Positions 10,313 through 18,045 of a DNA stretch of 64,000 nucleotides are shown here, in pieces. The stretch is from assembly GCA_041649475.1 (NCBI GenBank), contig JBAZNA010000001.1:392612-456611 (forward strand), in the 5' to 3' direction. A program made the position numbers and the translations under genes. The first letter of the stretch is position 1. Each line of letters starts with the position of its first letter. The notes beneath the pieces are model-generated. The model did not search any database. It had not been told where the DNA came from and saw only the letters and a list, made by a program, of their open reading frames with translations. Source of the DNA: Patescibacteria group bacterium. Its GTDB lineage: Bacteria; Patescibacteriota; Patescibacteriia; Magasanikbacterales; GWA2-37-8.

Positions 10313-11236
10313 ATGTTTTATTTAATCCCATTGGGGGTTTTTCTTATCGGCCTGGGGGTGGTTGTGTTTGTTGTCTTTAAAAAATTCGCGCAGGTTTCCA
10401 ATCTTGATCTGACTAATTTTCAGGAAGAAAAAATATATAAAAAGAAAAGAGAAATCATCAACAGCCGCATTGCCAAAACCAGCGACGTTATTAAAACGCA
10501 GACCATCAGGGTGCTGTCGCCGATTAAAAAAATTTGGGGATTATCACAATTAAAGTTCAGAATTTACGTCGGCAAGATTGAACGTTTGTTGCACCACGAG
10601 CAGGTGCTCAAAACCAAAGCGGAAATAGCCACGCCGCAAGCCAGCGAGGAGCAGGAACAAAAATTAAATCAGTTGATTAATGACGGCGAACAGAATCTGC
10701 AATTGGGAAATTTTGATCAGGCCGAGAATTGTTTTATCACCGCCATTAAAATTAATCCCAAATCAGCGCCGGCTTACCGTGGGTTGGGGGATACCTATCT
10801 GGCCAAAAAATCTTTGGAAGAGGCCAGGCAAACCTACAAATTTTTATTACATCTGGAACCGGATGATGACAGCGTTTTGGTTAAGTTGGCGGAAGTGGCC
10901 GAGAGCCAGGGGGATATTGAAGAAGCGATCGGCTATTATCAGCAGGCGGTTTTGCTAAATGACGCCTTTTCACCGCGGTTTTATCACCTGGCCGAACTGC
11001 TCCTCAAGGTTGATCAGCCCAAGGTGGCCAAAGAGGCGGCGCTTCAAGCGGTGGAACTTGAACCGCAGAACCCGAAGTACCTTGACTTATTGATAGAAAT
11101 TGCTATAATATGCGGCGACAAGGACCTCGCGCTTAAGGCCTTTAATGATCTGCGTCTGGTGAACCCGGATAATCAAAAATTGGACAGCTTTAAGGAGAGG
11201 ATCTCTAAGATTACCGCCGCCTTAGCTCAGCGGTAG
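10313..11236 (+). CDS. TPR-repeat protein with N-terminal transmembrane anchor
   Basis: The start at MFYLIPLGVFLIGLGVVVFVVF precedes a TM helix. Several 34-aa TPR-like repeats follow (AENCFITAIKINPKSAPAYRGLGDTY, AIGYYQQAVLLNDAFSP, ...). The 3' end overlaps tRNA-Thr by about 21 nt. Confidence 0.65.
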   Translation: MFYLIPLGVFLIGLGVVVFVVFKKFAQVSNLDLTNFQEEKIYKKKREIINSRIAKTSDVIKTQTIRVLSPIKKIWGLSQLKFRIYVGKIERLLHHEQVLKTKAEIATPQASEEQEQKLNQLINDGEQNLQLGNFDQAENCFITAIKINPKSAPAYRGLGDTYLAKKSLEEARQTYKFLLHLEPDDDSVLVKLAEVAESQGDIEEAIGYYQQAVLLNDAFSPRFYHLAELLLKVDQPKVAKEAALQAVELEPQNPKYLDLLIEIAIICGDKDLALKAFNDLRLVNPDNQKLDSFKERISKITAALAQR

Positions 11237-11287
11237 AGCAACACTTTTGTAAAGTGAAGGTCCTGGGTTCGAATCCCTGAGGCGGCT
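11216..11287 (+). tRNA. tRNA-Thr(UGU)
   Basis: Manual cloverleaf: acceptor GCCGCCT/AGGCGGC, D-arm GCTC-AGCGGTA-GAGC, anticodon loop TTTGTAA (UGU), T-loop TTCGAAT; one mismatch in each of the anticodon and T stems. Confidence 0.8.
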
Positions 11288-11324
11288 CTTGGTTAGTTAT
11301 TAATTTAATTAAAAATGTAATAAT

Positions 11325-11608
11325 GGGTGGATTTCTGAGCGGTCAAAAGAGACAGACTGTAGTAAAATGCAGCTCTTAAGAGAAATCTTAAGATGAACTC
11401 TCTGGGATAACGGTGAAAGCTAAAACAAGTGTCATGCTAATACCGTGGGAACCCCGAAAAGGTCGGGGAGCGCCGTAGAGACTAGATACCAGAGTGCCTA
11501 AAATCTTAAAAAGATTATGGCAAAGATATAGTCCATGCCTTAAGGAAACTTAGGGGAAAGTGAAATCTGTTGGCTCTGCCTTCGTAGGTTCGAATCCTAC
11601 TCCACCCA
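11325..11608 (+). tRNA. tRNA-Tyr(GUA) interrupted by a ~202-nt intron in the anticodon loop
   Basis: The exons reassemble to GGGTGGATTTCTGAGCGGTCAAAAGAGACAGACTGT|AAATCTGTTGGCTCTGCCTTCGTAGGTTCGAATCCTACTCCACCCA. This is near-identical in architecture to E. coli tRNA-Tyr (anticodon loop CUGUAAA, long variable arm, T-arm GTAGG-TTCGAAT-CCTAC). Confidence 0.8.
11361..11562 (+). ncRNA. Probable group I (IC3-like) self-splicing intron inside tRNA-Tyr
   Basis: A U precedes the 5' splice site and a G ends the intron, the group I rule. Internal GTAGAGACTAGA ... GATATAGTCC are candidate P7 strands; from memory they resemble the Azoarcus tRNA-Ile intron core. GAAA-type loops are present. Length about 202 nt. 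Confidence 0.6.
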
Positions 11609-11690
11609 CTGATATTTGACAATTAGCTTACCTATATGGTGTTAGTTTGCTAAGAGTATATTTTTATGTTAGGATATTTGATGTAAAAAT

Positions 11691-12287
11691 ATGTTGCAAT
11701 TATCAAAAGATAAATTAGCAAAACTCTATTTAGGTAAAGGTCAATCGGCAAAAGAAATTGCTGATGCTTATAAATGTTCCATTAATAAGATTAGATACTG
11801 GATGGAAAAATATGGAATCAAATCAAGATCTATAGGCGAAGCAATTTATCAAAAGAATAATCCTAATGGGGATCCTTTTAAGGTTAAGTATCCGGGTACA
11901 ATAGAAGAAGCAATTTTGTTTGGTTTTGGTCTTGGTTTGTACTGGGGGGAAGGAACAAAAGCTGACAAAGGTTCAGTGAGGTTGGGGAATACCGATCGTG
12001 ATTTGATAAAAAAATTTATTGCGTTTCTGGTTACAGTATTTGGTATTAAAAAGAAAGATTTAAAATTTAGTTTGCAATTATTTAACGATATTGACGAGAC
12101 AGAGGCGGTAGAACATTGGTCAAATTATTTGAAAATTGGAAAAGAGCAATTTTATAAATGTACTATAACAAAGTCGGTGAGAAAAGGTACATATGGCAAG
12201 AAAAGCGAGTATGGAGTTCTAACAGTGTATTATCATAATACGAAAATGAGGAATGCCTTAGTGGCAATATTACAAAAAGAAAAATAG
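11691..12287 (+). CDS. AT-rich ORF with N-terminal HTH and a LAGLIDADG-like motif (candidate free-standing homing endonuclease)
   Basis: GFGLGLYWGEGTK resembles single-motif LAGLIDADG signatures (GL..GEG). The N-terminal segment AKEIADAYKCSINKIRYWMEKYGI looks like an HTH. The ORF lies between two intron-bearing tRNAs and is visibly more AT-rich than its neighbours. Confidence 0.4.
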   Translation: MLQLSKDKLAKLYLGKGQSAKEIADAYKCSINKIRYWMEKYGIKSRSIGEAIYQKNNPNGDPFKVKYPGTIEEAILFGFGLGLYWGEGTKADKGSVRLGNTDRDLIKKFIAFLVTVFGIKKKDLKFSLQLFNDIDETEAVEHWSNYLKIGKEQFYKCTITKSVRKGTYGKKSEYGVLTVYYHNTKMRNALVAILQKEK

Positions 12288-12292
12288 ATAAC

Positions 12293-12559
12293 GCCGTTGT
12301 AGCTCAGTTGGTAGAGCATTTCCATGGTGGTTCGCAAAAACCCCGCCCACTGGCAAGGAAACTTGTCGGTGAATCCCGAATAACGGTTAAAGGCCAGAAA
12401 TGGTTAAGACCGTGGCGAATAAAATCGCCCGAACGACTGACAAGGGGAGTTAAATCCCGACTAAGTCGGGACAAGCTCAAGATACAGTCTAGCCCTCTAA
12501 TAACAAAATAGAGGTGTAAGCGAAGGAAAAGGTCTCGGGTTCAAATCCCGACAACGGCT
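12293..12559 (+). tRNA. tRNA-Thr(GGU) interrupted by a ~194-nt intervening sequence after anticodon position 36
   Basis: Acceptor GCCGTTG/CAACGGC, D-arm GCTCAGTTGGTAGAGC (identical to E. coli thrT), anticodon stem TTTCC/GGAAA, T-arm TCGGG-TTCAAAT-CCCGA. With U-at-minus-1/G-at-end splice sites the mature loop is AUGGUAA, anticodon GGU. Confidence 0.6.
12329..12522 (+). ncRNA. Intervening sequence in tRNA-Thr(GGU), possible group I intron
   Basis: Bounded by the exon halves of a complete tRNA. Contains GAAA/GNRA-like loops and a CCCGACTAAGTCGGG hairpin. Core motifs are less clear than in the Tyr intron. Confidence 0.45.
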
Positions 12560-12605
12560 CGGATAAACATAAGGGCGCAAAGCCGCGCCGGAAAAATTTA
12601 ATAAT

Positions 12606-12761
12606 ATGTCGCAAGATAATCTTGTAAAAATGGAGTGCAAGGAGTGCAAACATACAAATTATTTTACCAGCAAAAACAAGAAGACCTTGAAGAACCGCTT
12701 GGAGTTGGAAAAGTTTTGTAAATTTTGCCGGAAACACACCGTGCACAAGGAAACAAAATAG
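12606..12761 (+). CDS. rpmG: Ribosomal protein L33 (51 aa; below the ORF-track length cutoff)
   Basis: Translation [51 protein letters not shown] has the two CxxC zinc-ribbon pairs and the length of L33. Confidence 0.85.
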   Translation: MSQDNLVKMECKECKHTNYFTSKNKKTLKNRLELEKFCKFCRKHTVHKETK

Positions 12762-12768
12762 ATAATTA

Positions 12769-12791
12769 TTCCTGCCGGCGCAGGAATTTTT
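12769..12791 (+). terminator. Rho-independent terminator after rpmG
   Basis: TTCCTGC-CGG-CGCAGGAA hairpin followed by TTTTTAT. Confidence 0.6.
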
Positions 12792-12793
12792 AT

Positions 12794-12864
12794 GGGGGCT
12801 TGGTGTAGTGGTAACATGCCTCTCTCCAAAAGAGGTGACGTGGGTCCGATTCCTACAGCCCCTG
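12794..12864 (+). tRNA. tRNA-Trp(CCA)
   Basis: Acceptor GGGGGCT/AGCCCCT, D-arm GTGT-AGTGGTA-ACAT, anticodon arm CCTCT-CTCCAAA-AGAGG (anticodon CCA), T-arm GTGGG-TCCGATT-CCTAC. Confidence 0.85.
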
Positions 12865-12916
12865 CAAAATTTTTACAGCTCTAGCCAAAATTTTTTGCCT
12901 GTTTTATAATACCCCC

Positions 12917-13879
12917 ATGCCAATAATTGAAACGAACAATCTGACCAAAAGATATGGTGAATTGGTGGCTGTGGATAACCTAAATTTACAGGTTGAAGAA
13001 GGGGAGATATTCGGGCTTTTAGGCCCAAACGGAGCCGGAAAAAGCACCACCTTACTAATGTTAACCACCTTAATCAAACCAACTTCGGGCACGGCCAGTG
13101 TCAATGCTTTTGATATTGTCAAAGAGTCCGGCAAGGTGCGAAAATCAATCGGCATTGTGTTTCAGGATCCGAGTTCCGATGACACCTTAACCGGCTACGA
13201 AAATCTGAAGCTGCATGGTATGCTTTATGGCATGCCCGCCGCCCACCGCGAAGAAAAAATAAAAGAGGTCTTGGAACTCGTTGATTTGACCGACAGAAAA
13301 GATGATACGGTAAAAAAATACTCCGGAGGTATGAGAAGGCGTTTGGAATTGGCGCGCGGGCTGATGCACCATCCGAAAGTTTTGTTTTTGGATGAACCGA
13401 CCCTTGGCCTTGATCCGCAATCACGCGAGCATCTCTGGCAATACATCCAAAAACTTGCCAAAGAAAAAGGCATGAGCGTGGTTATCACCACCCACTACAT
13501 GGAAGAAGCGGATTTACTGTGCAACCGATTGGCAATCATTGATCACGGCAAAATTGTGGCGCTGGACACTTCGGCAAATTTAAAATCAATTGTCGGCGGA
13601 GATAAAGTTTTGTTAAAAAGTCAAAACCCAAATTTGGACGCGCTCAAACAATTGGATTATGTAAAAAAGGTTGAACAAATAGACGGTCTGGTGTATTTAA
13701 CGGTTATAAATCCCAATGAACATCTGCCGCAGATTTTGCAGGTAGTAGGCAAGGTTGACTCGGTGGAAGTGCATTCGCCAACTCTAAATGACGTATTTCT
13801 GCACTATACTGGCCGGGAAATCAGAGAAGATTCAGCCGAGGGCGGCTGGGCGGAAAGGGTTATGCACTTAAAGAAATAA
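12917..13879 (+). CDS. ABC transporter ATP-binding protein (ABC-2/DrrA-like)
   Basis: Walker A GPNGAGKST, signature YSGGMRRRLELA, Walker B LFLDEPTLGLD, H-loop. Confidence 0.85.
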   Translation: MPIIETNNLTKRYGELVAVDNLNLQVEEGEIFGLLGPNGAGKSTTLLMLTTLIKPTSGTASVNAFDIVKESGKVRKSIGIVFQDPSSDDTLTGYENLKLHGMLYGMPAAHREEKIKEVLELVDLTDRKDDTVKKYSGGMRRRLELARGLMHHPKVLFLDEPTLGLDPQSREHLWQYIQKLAKEKGMSVVITTHYMEEADLLCNRLAIIDHGKIVALDTSANLKSIVGGDKVLLKSQNPNLDALKQLDYVKKVEQIDGLVYLTVINPNEHLPQILQVVGKVDSVEVHSPTLNDVFLHYTGREIREDSAEGGWAERVMHLKK

Positions 13880-13880
13880 T

Positions 13881-14651
13881 ATGAATGAATTAAGCGGCTT
13901 TTTAGCCATCTGGTACAGAGAATTTAAAGTATTTCTACGGGAAAAATCAAGAATTGTTTCGTCTTTGGTGACGCCGGTTCTTTGGCTACTCATTTTCGGC
14001 GGCGGGTTGGGATCAAGCGTTGCCGTTTCCGGCACCAGTTATCAGGTGTTTATTTTCCCCGGAATTTTGGCGCAGGCGGTTTTGTTTTCATCGATTTTTT
14101 TCGGTGTCTATATTGTCTGGGATAGAAAGATTGATTTTTTAAAAGAGGTCTTGGTGGCGCCGATTTCCCGCACTACAATATTTTTGGGCAAAGTTGTCGG
14201 CGGCGCGACTGACTCAATCATTCAATCAATCTTGTTATTAATTTTGGGCGTGATTTTTGGAGCCATAGGATTAATTCCGGGCTTGCATATAAATTTTACC
14301 GCCTTTATACTTTCTTTAGTAATTATACTTTTTACCACTGCGTCGTTTACCAGTTTGGGACTGATTATTGGTTCAATGATGGAAAGCCCGGAGGGCTTCC
14401 AATTTGTCATGAGCTTCCTGCTCTTGCCGGTTTTCCTTCTTTCCGGCGCTTTATTTCCAATTAATAACTTGCCGGTTTGGCTGGCGCCATTTACCTTCAT
14501 AAATCCGCTAACCTATGCGGTTGACGCGCTTAGGCATGTCATTTTAGGCGCTTCGCAATTTGGTCTGGCTTTTGACATGGGGATTTTAGTTTTGTTTATG
14601 GTTTTGGTGTTTGCCATCGGCACCTATGCCTTTGAAAAAATGAAAGTTTAA
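13881..14651 (+). CDS. ABC-2 type transporter permease
   Basis: Six predicted TM helices; 256 aa; translationally coupled to the preceding ATPase (2-nt gap). Confidence 0.75.
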   Translation: MNELSGFLAIWYREFKVFLREKSRIVSSLVTPVLWLLIFGGGLGSSVAVSGTSYQVFIFPGILAQAVLFSSIFFGVYIVWDRKIDFLKEVLVAPISRTTIFLGKVVGGATDSIIQSILLLILGVIFGAIGLIPGLHINFTAFILSLVIILFTTASFTSLGLIIGSMMESPEGFQFVMSFLLLPVFLLSGALFPINNLPVWLAPFTFINPLTYAVDALRHVILGASQFGLAFDMGILVLFMVLVFAIGTYAFEKMKV

Positions 14652-14655
14652 AAAT

Positions 14656-14886
14656 ATGACAACAAACATCGCACCGGAAAAATTTATCCGTGAATTATTA
14701 GACGAAGAAATGATTGAGGTTAATTTTATTAATTTATATATGTCGCTCTTGGATTTGCGTGTGGAGCAGTGTATTGACGCAAAAAAACAAAAAGAATTTA
14801 GAAAGGGTATGGAAATACTTCATTCGGATTCGCAGGAGCATAGGCGTATAATTGAAAATATAATCAGACATTATGAAAAAAAATAA
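14656..14886 (+). CDS. Small helical hypothetical protein (76 aa)
   Basis: ORF-only call. Paralogous to the next ORF: both end in an E..H..I..NII.HY-like motif. Confidence 0.35.
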   Translation: MTTNIAPEKFIRELLDEEMIEVNFINLYMSLLDLRVEQCIDAKKQKEFRKGMEILHSDSQEHRRIIENIIRHYEKK

Positions 14887-15115
14887 AGCCACACAGCTAC
14901 TAAAATGTTTGTTGGACAAAAAATCCCTTTTGTTTAATCTTAAACAAGGTCTGGAAATGGAATACCAGGCCAGGGATATTTGTAAAGACCTGTTAAAATA
15001 TTTGAAAAAACCGGATGAAAGAAAAAAAGTCGCGGCTATAGTGGAAGATGAAAAAGAACACATAGCCATTACAAAAAATTTGATAAAAATCGTCCAGAAG
15101 CACTATATTAAATAA
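14873..15115 (+). CDS. Small helical hypothetical protein (80 aa), paralog of the preceding ORF
   Basis: ORF-only call; overlaps the preceding ORF by 14 nt. Confidence 0.35.
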   Translation: MKKNKATQLLKCLLDKKSLLFNLKQGLEMEYQARDICKDLLKYLKKPDERKKVAAIVEDEKEHIAITKNLIKIVQKHYIK

Positions 15116-15118
15116 GTT

Positions 15119-15664
15119 ATGGATCTCACCCTCATTCTCGGCCCGATGAAAAGCGGGAAATCATTTGATCTTATCAGCTATTTTGCGCCGCTAAAATATA
15201 CCGACATCCCGCACGGCTTGTTTCAGTCAGCCAGAAATTTGCGGGATGAGCATATTTGTTCAAGAAACGGCGTAGTCATTGAAGCCAAAAAAGTTCAGAG
15301 TTTAGCGGAAATTTTGGATTCTGATTTAAAAGTAGTCGGCATTGACGAATTGCACATGTTTCAGCCGGAAGATGCGGGGGTCATTGATAAGTTATTGCGC
15401 AAAGGGGTCAAGGTGGTTGCTTCCGGGCTGGACACCGATTATAGAGGCAAAATGTTTGATATTATCAGGGCATTTTTGGAACTGGGGCCAAGAGAAGTGA
15501 AATACAAACGAGCGGTCTGTGAAATTTGCAAACAACCAATAGCCACTTATTCCCAGGTTCTAAATAAAGGCGTGCCCATAACCGAAGGCATGCCCTCGGT
15601 GCTTCCAGACGACGGCACGTTTACTTATGTGCCGGTGTGCCGGAATTGTTTCGTCCAAACATAA
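15119..15664 (+). CDS. tdk: Thymidine kinase
   Basis: P-loop ILGPMKSGKS and a C-terminal zinc ribbon (CEICKQP...CRNCF) typical of type II thymidine kinase; 181 aa. Confidence 0.85.
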   Translation: MDLTLILGPMKSGKSFDLISYFAPLKYTDIPHGLFQSARNLRDEHICSRNGVVIEAKKVQSLAEILDSDLKVVGIDELHMFQPEDAGVIDKLLRKGVKVVASGLDTDYRGKMFDIIRAFLELGPREVKYKRAVCEICKQPIATYSQVLNKGVPITEGMPSVLPDDGTFTYVPVCRNCFVQT

Positions 15665-15716
15665 TAAAAAACTTCTAAAGTTATCCACACAAAATCTTAA
15701 AGAAGTGGTGATTTTG

Positions 15717-15725
15717 TGGTATAAT
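15717..15725 (+). promoter_or_regulatory. Extended -10 promoter-like motif TGGTATAAT
   Basis: TGTGGTATAAT lies 38 nt upstream of the 15763 ATG. The same 9-mer recurs upstream of the giant gene, corA and pilM. Confidence 0.35.
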
Positions 15726-15762
15726 AAAAGCAAATTTAAAGTAGAGGGGTTAAAAATACCCT

Positions 15763-18039
15763 ATGATAAAGGGAGGAAAATTATTAGTAACACTACTACT
15801 GGTGGTGGGGACCGCTATTTTTGTTGTATCTCAAGCCAAAGCTTCCATAACCGACGGCACCATTGACCCCAACCATAAATATGCCTGGAGTTCAAAAATT
15901 GGCTGGATAAATTTTGGCGCCACCAACGGAAATGTTCGCATAACAGACACAGCCATCACCGGCTATGCCTGGAGCCAGGAATACGGTTGGATAAATTTGA
16001 GCCCGACCATGAGCGGGGTAAAAAACACTTCCGAAGGAGTTTTGTCCGGCTACGCCTGGGGTGAAAATATCGGCTGGATAAATTTTGCGGGCATAACAAT
16101 TAACAGTACCGGAGTTTTTCAAGGCCAGGCCATTGGCGGAGATAATTCCGGAACAATAAATTTTTCTTGCGCGAACTGTTCGGTTGAAACCGATTGGATA
16201 CCGGCCAGCGCGCGTCCAAATCCAAACCCGCCGGGCGGCACCCCTTTGCCTCCGGGCTCGGGAAATCCACCCACTTCGCCGTTTTCAATAACCATAAATA
16301 ACGGCAGTCCTTTAACCAATTCCACTACCGTACAAATTATCTTAAAGGGTGGAAATGATTCCAGCTATGTTTTTCTTTCCGATGATCCAGGGTTTATAAA
16401 CAACACCTATCGTTTGATTTTTATACCCGGCCAGACATCCACCGGTACGCCGTTTGTACTCTCAAACGACAATCCGGGTTTAAAAAATATTTACGCGAAA
16501 TTTTGTACGCAGTGGGGCCAGTGCAGTGAACTGATTTCAAACTCAATTGTTTTTGCGCCGACGCCAATTGTTCCGCCGGGTCAACAACCGCCACCAACCC
16601 AGCCGCCGGGTCAACAACATCCGCCCGCCGGCACAACCAGCACCACGCCCGCCGGCCAGATTTTTCAAGAATTGGGAAATTTGTTAAGTTCAATTCTTTC
16701 TGATGTTTTTAGTCCAAAAATGCCGGTTTTCAAGGTGCCGACCATTTCTTTGTCTAAGGTCTACAGCCAACTCAAACTCTGGGTGCCGTATTTGTTCAGG
16801 ACGCCGTCAATTATCCAGCCGAAAATTCCGATTGAGCGTTTTGTGGCTAAGATTACGCCAATTTCCATGAGAGGCGTGTGGGATTATCTTGACCCCAGAC
16901 CAATTCACGAATTTGTGTTTGCGCCTTTGCCAAAAGAATTTTTGGCGCTGGAAGCCAAGTTTCCGGCTGTGGAAAAAACATTTAACGATGTCGGCATCAA
17001 ACGCATGAAGGATGTGGAAAAATTAAAAACTGTGCAGATGTATCTGCCCAGTTTGACCCAGGCAGTAATGCCGGCGGCCAGCGGTACGATGTTGGCAGTT
17101 GACATAATGAACCAGATGAAAGGGGTGCCCTTAAGCGAACTGCCGACATATCTGAAAGAAAAAATTCCTTCGGATATAATTTTCGCGCGCACCGGCGGTC
17201 AATTGGTTGATTTTAAAGTGGCATTGTCTTTAAATAAATCCGGTAACCCGGAACAAAAAATTTCAACGATTTCCAACAAGCCACTGCACTTAACGATCAG
17301 ACCGGACAAGCCGGTAAAAAGCGTAGTGGGCTATTTGATGTTTAGATCAGCCAAGGCGCAAGCCAGAACGGAAATGAATTTGAAAGATTTAGTGGCTTCG
17401 GCATTTTTTGCGGAGCCGGTTTTCGCCAGCACGCAAGATGTGCCGGTGCCCACCGAAGAGAAATTGGTTTTAATGCAGTTTGATTATCTGCCGGATAAAT
17501 CCGACCCGGGCCTTTTTACTGCCGATATAATTTCTCCAATACCGGCCGGCGAATATGAAATCGTCACGGTCATGAACTATCAGGACCCGTCTTTTGGCTC
17601 AAAAATGGTGCGTTTGATTACCGTGGTTGATCCGGAGGGCTATGTTTTTGAGAAAATAGGGGATAAGGAGTTGCGCATTCCGGGCGCGATTGCCACTTTG
17701 TTTTTTTACAATCCGGACACGAAAAATTACCAGCAGTGGCCGGCAAAAGATTTCCAACAGGAAAATCCGCAGGTTACGGGTTTGGCCGGCACTTACTCAT
17801 ACCTCGTTCCGGGCGGGATGTATTATTTAACGGTTTCAGCTCCGGGTTACGAGCCGTATTCAGGCAAACCGTTTTCGGTTGAGAGCGGCTCCGGCGTGCA
17901 CTTAAATGTTGAACTCAAGACCAAATATTGGTGGTTAAAAAATATTGATTGGAAGACCGCGCTTCTGGTAGCCGTGGCCTTGCTGTTGGCATACAATTTT
18001 TACAAAGACAAAAAAAATAAAAATAAACAAACTAATTAA
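15763..18039 (+). CDS. Secreted, C-terminally membrane-anchored repeat protein (GYAW...GWINF repeats, Pro/Gln-rich linker)
   Basis: N-terminal signal peptide (LLVVGTAIFVVSQAKA). At least four repeats of the form [Y/S]AWS....IGWINF. Linker PPGQQPPPTQPPGQQHPPAG. C-terminal TM helix ALLVAVALLLAYNFY followed by a Lys-rich tail. Confidence 0.6.
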   Translation: MIKGGKLLVTLLLVVGTAIFVVSQAKASITDGTIDPNHKYAWSSKIGWINFGATNGNVRITDTAITGYAWSQEYGWINLSPTMSGVKNTSEGVLSGYAWGENIGWINFAGITINSTGVFQGQAIGGDNSGTINFSCANCSVETDWIPASARPNPNPPGGTPLPPGSGNPPTSPFSITINNGSPLTNSTTVQIILKGGNDSSYVFLSDDPGFINNTYRLIFIPGQTSTGTPFVLSNDNPGLKNIYAKFCTQWGQCSELISNSIVFAPTPIVPPGQQPPPTQPPGQQHPPAGTTSTTPAGQIFQELGNLLSSILSDVFSPKMPVFKVPTISLSKVYSQLKLWVPYLFRTPSIIQPKIPIERFVAKITPISMRGVWDYLDPRPIHEFVFAPLPKEFLALEAKFPAVEKTFNDVGIKRMKDVEKLKTVQMYLPSLTQAVMPAASGTMLAVDIMNQMKGVPLSELPTYLKEKIPSDIIFARTGGQLVDFKVALSLNKSGNPEQKISTISNKPLHLTIRPDKPVKSVVGYLMFRSAKAQARTEMNLKDLVASAFFAEPVFASTQDVPVPTEEKLVLMQFDYLPDKSDPGLFTADIISPIPAGEYEIVTVMNYQDPSFGSKMVRLITVVDPEGYVFEKIGDKELRIPGAIATLFFYNPDTKNYQQWPAKDFQQENPQVTGLAGTYSYLVPGGMYYLTVSAPGYEPYSGKPFSVESGSGVHLNVELKTKYWWLKNIDWKTALLVAVALLLAYNFYKDKKNKNKQTN

Positions 18040-18045
18040 TATCGT

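Noticed and set aside
11216-11236. Overlap of the TPR-protein stop region with tRNA-Thr(UGU), as a possible sign of a mis-called tRNA
   Set aside because: The cloverleaf is complete and closely resembles bacterial thrU. Short CDS/tRNA overlaps occur in compact genomes. Both calls were kept.
12308-12511. 67-aa + strand ORF inside the tRNA-Thr(GGU) intron (possible intron-encoded protein?)
   Set aside because: It starts inside the 5' tRNA exon, is Arg/Lys-rich low complexity with no endonuclease or maturase motif, and group I tRNA introns of ~200 nt normally lack ORFs. Spurious.
12489-12746. 85-aa minus-strand ORF
   Set aside because: It overlaps the clearly conserved rpmG (L33) gene on the opposite strand and the tRNA 3' exon.
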